Positions 18,077 to 26,361 of a DNA stretch of 64,000 bases are shown here, piece after piece. The notes under the pieces were generated by a model. That model was not told the DNA's origin. It saw only the letters and a list, made by a program, of their open reading frames with translations, and ran no database searches. The translations under genes and the position numbers were made by a program. This stretch comes from an uncultured Solirubrobacterales bacterium. GTDB lineage: Bacteria; Actinomycetota; Thermoleophilia; Solirubrobacterales; 70-9. The stretch covers positions 164,092-228,091 of the forward strand of contig CAWCIS010000006.1 in the NCBI GenBank assembly GCA_963795625.1, in the 5' to 3' direction. Position 1 is the stretch's first letter, and every line of letters starts with the position of its first letter.

Positions 18077-21000
18077 GGCGCTCGCGCGCAGTCGCCCTGA
18101 GCCTGGCGCCGCTCGCCGCCCTGCTCCTGCTCGCCCCGATCGCCATGGCAGCGGCCCCCAGCGTCACCACCTCTTCCGCCACCAACGTGCAGGGCATCTC
18201 GGCCCTGCTGCGGGGCAAAGTCGACCCCGGCGGCGCCGTCACTTCCTACCGCTTCGAATACGTCGACCAAGCGAGCTTCGAAGCCGACCAGCCCAACGGC
18301 TTCGCCCACGCCATCCGCACGCCGGATGCCCCGCTCGAAGGCAGCGGCGAACGCGACGTCAGCGCCACCGTCACCGGGCTCGCCCGGGACACCGCCTACC
18401 GCTACCGCCTCACCGCCGAAAACGCCGGCGGCACCGCAACCGGCCTGCCCCAGCCATTCACCACCTTCCACGGGTTCGGCTTCCGCTCCGGGGACGGCTT
18501 CGACGTCGCGATCACGCAGGAAGGGGGGATCACGCCCGAGCTCCACGCCGGCTCGCACCCGCACGCAATCACCACCACGATCAACTTCAACCTCGCCGGC
18601 GAATCCGCCGAACACCCCGGCGTCCCGGTCAGCGACGGCGACGCCCGCGACCTCGAGCTGGAAATGCCACCCGGCCTGATCGAAAACCCGAGCGCGGTCT
18701 CCAAGTGCAGCCAGGACGAATTCCACACTTCGCGCGTCTCCCAGTTCGAAGCCAGCCGCTCCGGTGAGAACTGTCAGCCGCTGAGCCAGATCGGCGTGGT
18801 TGAGATCCGCTCCAGCGCTGGAGGGGGGAGCATCCGCAGCTTCGGGATCTTCAACCTCGAACCGCCCCCCGGCTTCCCCGCGCAGATCGGCTTCAGCCCC
18901 TACGGCGTGCCGGTCGCCTTCACCCCGCACATCCGCGAGCTCGGCGGCGAATTCGGGACCACGCTGGACCTCCACAACCTCACCCAGAAGTTCGACGTCT
19001 ACGGGCTGACGCTGACGATCTGGGGGACGCCCTGGACGATCGACCACAACGGCCAGCGCGGCGAATGCCTGAACGAGGCCGAACCCGACATCCCCTTCGG
19101 CAAATGCCCGGTCGAACAGGGGATCAGGCCCCACCTACCGTTCTCTTACCTGACGCTCCCGGCCTCCTGCGGCGCCCCGCTCCGCTTCGGGATCGCCGCG
19201 ACCTCCTGGCAGCAGCCTGGAGCGGTGACCGCCAGCGCCCTCAGCCGCGACTCCTCTGGCACCCCGGCGGGGCTCACCGAATGCCCCCGCCTGCTCTTCG
19301 AACCGAGGACGACGACCCAGGCGACCAACCCCCGCGCCTCCGCGCCCAGCGGCTTCGACTTCAGCCTCACCCCCGCCGAAGAAGCGCTGACCAACCCCAA
19401 CCGCCGCGTCCCTTCGCAGGCGCGGCGGGCGGTCGTCACCCTGCCCGAAGGGATGACGGTCAACCCCTCGCTGGCCGCCGGGCTCGGCTCCTGCAGCCCC
19501 GCCGGCTACGCCGCCGAGTCCGCGACCTCGCCGCCCGGTGCCGGTTGCCCGGAAAACGCGAAGATCGGCACCTTCACCGTCCAGAGCCAGCTCTTCGAAG
19601 AAACGGTGAAAGGCGCGATCTACCTCGCCGAGCCCGACGACCCGGCCACCGCGGCGCCCGGCGCCGAGAACCCCTTCGACTCGCTGCTCGCCCTCTACCT
19701 GGTCGCCAAGATTCCCGCCCGCGGTGTGGTCGTCAAGGTGGCGGGCAAGCTGACCCCCGACCCGGGCAGCGGGCGCCTGACCGCGGTCTTCGACGACCTG
19801 CCGCAACTGCCCTACTCGAACCTCAAGATGCACTTCCGGGAAGGGCAGCGGGCGCCGCTGGTGACGCCCTCGGCCTGTGGCAGCTTCGCGACCCAGGTCG
19901 ACCTCACTCCCTGGAACGCCCCCGGCGTCACCGCCCACTCGGCGCCGAGCTTCACGGTCGCCAAGGGGCTCGGCCCGGGTGGCGCCTGCCCCGACGGCTC
20001 ACTGCCGCCGTTCGCCCCCGGCTCGGTCGCCGGCAGCTTCGGCGGTGCCGCCGGGTCCTACTCGCCCTTCCTCCTGCACCTGACCCGCGCCGACTCCGAA
20101 CAGGAGCTGACCTCCTACTCGGCGACCCTGCCGCCCGGGCTCACCGGCAAGATCGCCGGCATCCCCTTCTGCCCGGACGCGGCGATCGCCGCCGCCAAGG
20201 CCAAGACCGGCAGGGAAGAGGAACGACATCCCTCCTGCCCGGCGGCGAGCGAGATCGGCCACACGGTCAGCGGCTACGGCGCCGGCGCCGTGCTCGCCTA
20301 CGCGCCCGGCAAGCTCTACCTGGCCGGCCCCTACCGCGGCTCCACCTTCTCGGTCGTCGCGATCGACTCGGCGACGGTGGGCCCGTTCGACCTCGGCGTC
20401 GTCGTCGTGCGCTCGGCGATCCGGGTCGACCGCCGCACCGCCCAGGTCTCGATCGACTCCTCCAACTCGGACCCGATCCCCCACATCCTCAGCGGCGTGC
20501 CGATCCACCTCCGCGATGTCCGCGTCTACATCGACCGGCCCGAAACCACGCTCAACCCGACCAGCTGCGACCCCTCCTCCGTGGTCTCGGTCCTGACCGG
20601 CGCCGGCGCCGGCTTCGCCGACCCCGGCGACGACAGCACCGCCCGGGTGCCGAGCCGCTTCCAGGTCTCCGGCTGCTCGGACCTCGGCTTCGCCCCCCGC
20701 TTCGGCCTCCACCTCAAGGGCGCCACCAGGCGCGGCAGCTACCCGTCGCTCAGCGTCGACCTGCGGCCGCGCCGCGGCGACGCCAACATCGGCCGCGCCG
20801 TCGTCACCCTGCCGCCCGGCCTCTTCCTCGCCCAGGGGCACATCGAGACCGTCTGCACCCGGCGCCAGTTCGACGCGGAACACTGCCCGCCGGGAGCGGT
20901 CTACGGGCAGGCGACGGCGGTGACGCCGCTGCTGGCCTCTCCCCTGCGGGGCCCGGTCTACCTGCGTTCCTCGGACAACACCCTGCCGGACCTGGTGATC

Positions 21001-21270
21001 CCGCTGCGCGGCAACGGCATCGCGATCGACCTGGTCGGCCGGATCGACTCCCACCACGGGGGTCTGCGCGCCACCTTCGACGTGGTCCCGGACGCGCCGG
21101 TGACGAAGTTCGGGCTGACGATGAGGGGCGGCAAGCGCTCGCTCCTCGTCGTCGCCGAAGACGTCTGCGCGCATCCGCAGCGGGAGACGGCCCTGTTCCT
21201 CGGCCACGACAACGCCGGCTCGGTGGCGCATCCGCCGCTGCAGGCGGAGTGCGGGAGGGGGAAGGGATGA
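18073..21270 (+). CDS. ~1065-aa exported partner protein (paralog of 5253..8525)
   Basis: ATG at 18073 overlaps the upstream stop (ATGA). Signal peptide MRRSRAVALSLAPLAALLLLAPIAMAAA. N-terminal FN3-like TSYRFEYV..AYRYRLTAEN. Colinear with 5253..8525. Confidence 0.85.
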   Translation: MRRSRAVALSLAPLAALLLLAPIAMAAAPSVTTSSATNVQGISALLRGKVDPGGAVTSYRFEYVDQASFEADQPNGFAHAIRTPDAPLEGSGERDVSATVTGLARDTAYRYRLTAENAGGTATGLPQPFTTFHGFGFRSGDGFDVAITQEGGITPELHAGSHPHAITTTINFNLAGESAEHPGVPVSDGDARDLELEMPPGLIENPSAVSKCSQDEFHTSRVSQFEASRSGENCQPLSQIGVVEIRSSAGGGSIRSFGIFNLEPPPGFPAQIGFSPYGVPVAFTPHIRELGGEFGTTLDLHNLTQKFDVYGLTLTIWGTPWTIDHNGQRGECLNEAEPDIPFGKCPVEQGIRPHLPFSYLTLPASCGAPLRFGIAATSWQQPGAVTASALSRDSSGTPAGLTECPRLLFEPRTTTQATNPRASAPSGFDFSLTPAEEALTNPNRRVPSQARRAVVTLPEGMTVNPSLAAGLGSCSPAGYAAESATSPPGAGCPENAKIGTFTVQSQLFEETVKGAIYLAEPDDPATAAPGAENPFDSLLALYLVAKIPARGVVVKVAGKLTPDPGSGRLTAVFDDLPQLPYSNLKMHFREGQRAPLVTPSACGSFATQVDLTPWNAPGVTAHSAPSFTVAKGLGPGGACPDGSLPPFAPGSVAGSFGGAAGSYSPFLLHLTRADSEQELTSYSATLPPGLTGKIAGIPFCPDAAIAAAKAKTGREEERHPSCPAASEIGHTVSGYGAGAVLAYAPGKLYLAGPYRGSTFSVVAIDSATVGPFDLGVVVVRSAIRVDRRTAQVSIDSSNSDPIPHILSGVPIHLRDVRVYIDRPETTLNPTSCDPSSVVSVLTGAGAGFADPGDDSTARVPSRFQVSGCSDLGFAPRFGLHLKGATRRGSYPSLSVDLRPRRGDANIGRAVVTLPPGLFLAQGHIETVCTRRQFDAEHCPPGAVYGQATAVTPLLASPLRGPVYLRSSDNTLPDLVIPLRGNGIAIDLVGRIDSHHGGLRATFDVVPDAPVTKFGLTMRGGKRSLLVVAEDVCAHPQRETALFLGHDNAGSVAHPPLQAECGRGKG

Positions 21271-23451
21271 GGTTGGGGCGGCTCGTCACCTTGTTGGCGC
21301 TGCTGGCCGTCGCGAGCGCGGCGACGGCTGCCCGCGCCGACGCGGCGCTGCCCAACCACGACCTCGAAAAAATCGAAATAACCGCGGGCCGGGGAGGCGC
21401 GCCGCTGAAAGATGCCTGTGGGGTCGCGATCGACCCCGTCGGTTCCCGCGGCCGCGTCTTCGTCGCCAACTACTACGAACACGTCGTCTATGTCTTCCTG
21501 CCCAAAGGGAGCGAAGGATTCGAATTCGAACAGGCGCTCGAAATCCCCCAGGCGCCGGTCCCGCCGAGCGGCAAACCGGTCAGCGGGCCCTGCGACCTCG
21601 CGATCGACTCCAAAGGCAACCTCTACGTCAACCGCTGGCATTACGACGTCCTCAAGTATCCGCGCCTGGGTACGAGCTCACCCTCTTTCGGACCTCCGAC
21701 GGTTCTGGATCCGAACGGATCGACCAGCGTCACCGCCGACGCCGCCGACCATGTGTACGTCGACGATCGCACCTACGTGGCCGAGTACGAATCCTCGGGA
21801 GCGCCTGTCCTCGACGGCGACGGCGAACCGCTGCGGATCGGCCTCGGGAGCCTCGACAGCGGTTATGGAGTCGCCGTCTCGGATTTCCCCGGGGCCCTCG
21901 GTTTTCCCTCTACCGCGGGATGGGTGTATGTGGCTGATGCGGCCGACAACACGGTGAAGGTCTTCGACCCGGCCAAAGGCCCGTCCGCACCGCCTGAAGT
22001 GATCGACGGCGGGGGAACGCCGCAGCTCGGCTTCAGCTCCCTGCGCGACGCCGACCTCGCCGTCGACCCCGCCGACGGCCATCTCTACGTGGTCGACAAC
22101 CTGCAGCCCTTCTTCGTGGAACCCGAAGCCGTGGTCGATGAGTTCAGCTCGCTCGGCCACTTCCGCGGCACGGTGCCCACGGACTCGGCCAGCGGCCACC
22201 CGACCAAAGTCGTCGATGCAGAACCCAGCGCGGTCGCGATCGACTCCGGCAAGCTCTACCTGACCAGCGGCAACTACTTCGTCGACGGCGACGAACCGGC
22301 ACACAGCCGCTCGCGAGTTCTGATCTTCGGTCCGGGGGAGCACTTCGAAACCGGGATCCTCAAGGTCGTCAAGACGGGCAGCGGCACCGGCACCGTTTTC
22401 AGCAACAGCCCGGGTGGTCTCGGCTGCGGCACTGTCTGCGAAGGCGAATTCACCCAGGGGATAACGGTCAGCCTCACCGCTGTGCCCGCCCCCCACAGCC
22501 GCTTCGTCGAGCTGGACCAATTGCAAACCGCAGGCCGCACTGCCATCGCGCTGCAGCCTGGGAATGACCGCGGCCCCCGAAGAAGTCGGCGCCGAGTTCG
22601 AAGCGATCCCGCAGCTGCCGTTGACCGTGACCCGCTCGGGCAGTGGCAGCGGCACCGTGTTCAGCACCCCAACCGGGCTCGAATGTGGCGGTGGCTGCGA
22701 AGCCTCCTTCGACGAAGGCTCGACCGTGACCCTGTCGGCCGAACCCGCCGCGGGCAGCGCCCTCGCCGGCTGGGTGGGCTGCGAAGCCGAAACCGCCGCG
22801 GGCGCCTGTGTCGTCGAGATGGATGCCGCGCGCTCGGTCAGCGCCCGCTTCGACCCCCTCCCCGAAGTGAGCCCACCGCCTCCCCCGCCACGCCCACCGC
22901 ACACCCTCGCCGTCTCCGTGGTCGGGACCGGTTCCGCGGGCGGCACCGTGGTCAGCGAGCCGGTCGGCATCGAGTGCGGCGCCAACTGCGCCCGGCAGTA
23001 TGCCGACGGCACCGTGCTCACCCTGCGCGCCAACCCCGCCTCCGGCTCCAAGCTGCTCGGCTGGGGTGGATGCGACAACTCCAGCGGCAACGCCTGCACG
23101 GTCGCGCTGGGCGGCGACAAGACGGTCGTCGCCGCCTTCGGGCCGGGCTTGCGCGGCGCCCTGCGGGCGCGCAAGCTGCTCGCCCGGGGAGCCACCGGCA
23201 CCCTGCGCGTCTCGGTGCCGGCCGCGGGGGCCCTCACCGTCAGCAGCAAGGGGGTGCAGCCAAGCAAACAACTGCCGCTGCGCGCCGGCGAGACGACTGT
23301 CCCGATCCGGCTCGACGGGGCCGGCCGCCGCTCCCTGCGCAAGGCCCGTGGCGGCAAGCTGAAGCGCACCCTTGCCCTGGCCTTCACTCCCTTCGACGGC
23401 GGCGACACCATCCGCGCCACCGCGGCGGCCACCTTCGAGCTCGGCCGCTAG
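21267..23451 (+). pseudogene. exported NHL-repeat protein with three InlB-B-repeat-like modules, interrupted by a +1 frame break near 22512 (or sequencing error)
   Basis: ATG at 21267 overlaps the upstream stop (ATGA). Signal peptide MRLGRLVTLLALLAVASAATAARA. NHL-like GRVFVANYYEHVVYVF, GWVYVADAADNTVKVFD, GHLYVVDN. The repeat GSG.GTV.S.P.G..CG..C...F..G..V.L.A.P..GS...GW.GC....C.V occurs three times. The first repeat reads ..HSRFVE in frame 0 and continues WTNCKPQAALPSRCSLGM.. in frame +1 (ORF 22564..23451). Confidence 0.65.
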
Positions 23452-23897
23452 CCGTTGCCCTTCTCGTCGAGCCATTTCTGGGCTTCCTCGACGACGTCGG
23501 ATTTCAGCTCCAGATAGAGAGCTATGAGTTCGGCTTCGCAGGTGCGGTTTCCCGCCATCCAGGCCTCGTGCAGGAAGCCCCACATGTGGATCGTGCTCGG
23601 GAGGCTGAGGTTGAGCGCGTCGGCGGAATCCTCCATGAGCTCTTTGAAATCGGCTTCGAAGTGCTTGATCGCGACCGCCGGGATGTCGGGTTTCCGCTGG
23701 GTCGTGCGGGCGTCCATCTGGGCCTGGCCGGCGCGGATGCCGGCGAACCAGGCAAGCTCGAGGAACTCGTCCATCTCCTCGGTCTGCTCATGGTCAAGGT
23801 CGAGGGACTCTCCGCCCTTCCTCCGCAAGGGCTTGAGATCTCGCTCTCGCGCCGCCAGGAGATCGCGTTCGAAGTCTTCGCTGTCGAGCGACGACAC
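23448..23897 (-). CDS. hypothetical acidic helical protein
   Basis: ORF-track ORF of 149 aa with protein-like composition. It is convergent with, and overlaps by 4 nt, the end of the NHL gene. Confidence 0.5.
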   Translation of the reverse strand: MSSLDSEDFERDLLAARERDLKPLRRKGGESLDLDHEQTEEMDEFLELAWFAGIRAGQAQMDARTTQRKPDIPAVAIKHFEADFKELMEDSADALNLSLPSTIHMWGFLHEAWMAGNRTCEAELIALYLELKSDVVEEAQKWLDEKGNG

Positions 23898-24214
23898 TGC
23901 GCCAGTTTAGCTAAATAGAAATGAACCGGTATTCCTTTATGTACAACTGGAGTTCTCAAAGGGACGGGCTCGTGACGAATCGCGGCCAAGGTATTGACGA
24001 TCGTCGTCGTGAGCACGCTGATCGCGATTAGACCGGCAAGGCAGTAGCGCAGGTTCCGGTTCGTCTTGCGCTTCGTTTCGCGCTCTTTGACCTCAACCTC
24101 GGTCAGCAGTTCTTCGCACCTGTCTTCCCGCTGAGCCTTGGCCCGCGAGACCTCCGTTTCAGCCGCGATCCGCTCGGTTTCGACCCGCCGGCGCTCGCGC
24201 TCCTCAGGAGACAC
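23522..24214 (-). other. ORF whose first ~100 codons look like a small coiled-coil + single-TM protein; true 3' end unclear
   Basis: MSPEERERRRVETERIAAETEV.. is followed by a TM segment YCLAGLIAISVLTTTIVNTLAAI. Downstream the ORF overlaps 23448..23897 out of frame and turns Arg/Ser-rich. Confidence 0.3.
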
Positions 24215-24436
24215 TCGACCGGACTCCGGTCAACTGATAGTCACGGTGTGAAATTCCTACCCCCACCCTTTGCGCTGAACGGTGAAGACTGTAGCGGAAC
24301 CGTTTAGTTCCTGTCAAGGAACAGTTCGGTTTAACCGTTACTCGAATTGAGCGGTATAGGCGTGCTTTCCGGTGCTGGCTTACTAACCGGTTAAAGGTGA
24401 CACACTGTTACTCGTGTGACCGACGACCGTTGGTCG

Positions 24437-25000
24437 TCAGAGCCCAGCCGGGTGCCGTGCCACGAAGCCACTGGTGTCTACGCTGGCCTGGTGCCAGCGC
24501 GGGCCGGTCACGCCCGGTGGGGCGTCGCGGGTGTCGAAGCGGAGCCCGGCGACGACCATGAAGACATGGTGGGCGTTGGCGTAGACGGTGATCCAGCGGC
24601 CGACGCCTGCCTCTCCCCAATAGGCGAGCTGGCCGGAGACCACCGTCGTCGCCAGCAGATCGGCACCGTGGAGGGCATAGCCGACCGCCCCCGAGCAGTC
24701 GTAGCCACGGGTGAACCAGCTGGTGTGGCCGCCACCCCATACATAGGGCCGACCGTCGATCTGGTCGGCGGCGGCGATCACTTCCTTCACCGCGGGTGGG
24801 GAACCGGGGGGCGCAATCGCGCGACCGTCGACCAGGTCGGCGCCGCAGTCGCCGCTGGTCCGCTGCGGCCCCGGCGGATCGGAGGTGCAGCCCGCGCCCC
24901 ACGGCACCGCGGCCGCCGCGGCGGCCGGGCCGAGTGCGGCCGCCAGCGCGAGCGTCGCGCCGGCGGCAACAATGGCCAGCTTCTCTCCGATCCCGATCAA
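24437..25000 (-). CDS. secreted NlpC/P60 (C40) family peptidoglycan peptidase
   Basis: RPYVWGGGH..GYDCSGAVGY..H motif. ORF 24437..25330 trimmed to a TTG giving signal peptide (M)IGIGEKLAIVAAGATLALAAALGPAAAAAA. The start is uncertain. Confidence 0.75.
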   Translation of the reverse strand: MIGIGEKLAIVAAGATLALAAALGPAAAAAAVPWGAGCTSDPPGPQRTSGDCGADLVDGRAIAPPGSPPAVKEVIAAADQIDGRPYVWGGGHTSWFTRGYDCSGAVGYALHGADLLATTVVSGQLAYWGEAGVGRWITVYANAHHVFMVVAGLRFDTRDAPPGVTGPRWHQASVDTSGFVARHPAGL

Positions 25001-25047
25001 GGCACCAGGCAGGCTAGTAGCCCGGCGGGCCCCGCGCGGTTTCGGCC

Positions 25048-25620
25048 TCAGGGTTGCGGCACGTAGGTGAGGATCGCGATGCCGTCGCCGACCGTCCTCG
25101 AGTCGGCCAGCTTCAGCGCCAGCTTCTCCTCGCCGGCGCCGAAGAGGCGCTTGCCGCTGCCGAGGACGACCGGGAAGACCATCAGCCGCAGCTCGTCGAC
25201 CAGGCCGTGCTCGAGCAGCCCCTGCACCAGCTGGGCGCTGCCGGCCACGAGGATCACGCCGTCGACCTCGCTCTTGACCCTCGCGATCTCCGCGGCGAAG
25301 TCGCCGGAGAGCACCGTCGTGTTGTTCCACTCCGCCGCCTCGAGCGTCGAGGAGACGACGTACTTCGGCATCGAGTTCATCTTCTCCGCGAACCCGGCCT
25401 CGTCGCTCATCCCCGGCCAGGCGGCGGCAAAGCCGTCGTAGGTGCGCCGGCCCAGCAGCTGCGCCTCGGCCTCGACCAGCTCGTCGAGCTTGAACTTGTC
25501 GCCCTCGGGCCCGCGCTCGATCGCGAAGGTCCAGCCCCCGTGCTTGTAGTCCTCGCCGCCGCCAGGCGCCTCGATGACCCCGTCCAGCGAGATGAACTCG
25601 GTTACGACGATCCTGCCCAT
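25048..25620 (-). CDS. dihydrofolate reductase family protein (RibD C-terminal domain type)
   Basis: MGRIVVTEFISLDGV..GRRTYD..KYVVSSTL..ILVAGSAQLVQ..DELRLMVFPVVLG. ATG at 25620 preceded by AAGGAG. Confidence 0.85.
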   Translation of the reverse strand: MGRIVVTEFISLDGVIEAPGGGEDYKHGGWTFAIERGPEGDKFKLDELVEAEAQLLGRRTYDGFAAAWPGMSDEAGFAEKMNSMPKYVVSSTLEAAEWNNTTVLSGDFAAEIARVKSEVDGVILVAGSAQLVQGLLEHGLVDELRLMVFPVVLGSGKRLFGAGEEKLALKLADSRTVGDGIAILTYVPQP

Positions 25621-25738
25621 GATTTCTCCTTCTCGAGCTTGGCTTTCAAGGGGACGACGAACGAGCGCCGGCGAAATCGACACGGTTGCAAAGTCTTGCG
25701 AGACGTGGCCTATCGTCAGAGCCCGATAGGTTCGCGGC

Positions 25739-26314
25739 ATGGAGGCCCACCGGTCATACGAGCGCTTCGAGCAGGGGCAGCAGCTGGCCAGCGGTGGCGA
25801 GAGTCACGTCGGGCCGCACTACGGGCGCAACGCGGCCCTGGTCGTGGCGGTGATGGCGGCCTTCCTCGCGGTGGCCACCTTCCTCTCCAACGAGGCGGTG
25901 AAACACGTGATCACCGGGGAGACCCACCGGGCCGAGGCCTCGGCCCGGCTGGAGACGAACCGGATCCGGATCGACGTCGCCGAAGGCAACGCGACGATGC
26001 TGCGGGTGCTGGGCGCCGGCGGGCCGGGTGAGCACGAAGCGGCGGTGGCCGCAGGGGTGCACGAGGCCCGCATCGTCGAGGAGCTGGAGCCGACCGACGC
26101 CCGCCTCACCGCCGAGATCGAGCAGCACAAGCACGAGACCGACGACGCCAACGCCCAGCACGTCGATTACGAGCTGGCCGAGGTCGGCCTCCAGGTCGGG
26201 ATCGTCCTCGCCTCCGTCTCGATCATCGCCCGCCGCCGCTGGCTGCTCGGCGCCGCCGGTGCCGCCGCGACCGCCGGCGTCGTCCTGCTGCTGGTCGGCC
26301 TGCTGCTCGTCTGA
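25739..26314 (+). CDS. membrane protein, DUF4337-like (family assignment by recollection)
   Basis: 191 aa with an N-terminal TM (AALVVAVMAAFLAVATFL), a helical middle and two C-terminal TM segments. Confidence 0.6.
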   Translation: MEAHRSYERFEQGQQLASGGESHVGPHYGRNAALVVAVMAAFLAVATFLSNEAVKHVITGETHRAEASARLETNRIRIDVAEGNATMLRVLGAGGPGEHEAAVAAGVHEARIVEELEPTDARLTAEIEQHKHETDDANAQHVDYELAEVGLQVGIVLASVSIIARRRWLLGAAGAAATAGVVLLLVGLLLV

Positions 26315-26361
26315 GCTCGCAGCATTGTGCTGGCCGGGGCATGCAAAATGCTGCGAGCTCA
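26312..26361. terminator. perfect 15-bp inverted repeat between convergent genes; copy of a dispersed palindromic element
   Basis: TGAGCTCGCAGCATT ..20 nt.. AATGCTGCGAGCTCA. The two arms contain the stop codons of both flanking genes. A degenerate second copy lies at 36027..36077. Confidence 0.6.

Noticed and set aside
19065-23918. 1617-aa ORF spanning the partner-2 and NHL genes and running past 23451
   Set aside because: Upstream of 21267 it is an out-of-frame Arg/Pro-rich shadow of the partner gene. Downstream of ~22512 it is again Arg-rich nonsense, while frame +1 carries the real repeat sequence. Only 21267-22511 of this frame is used.
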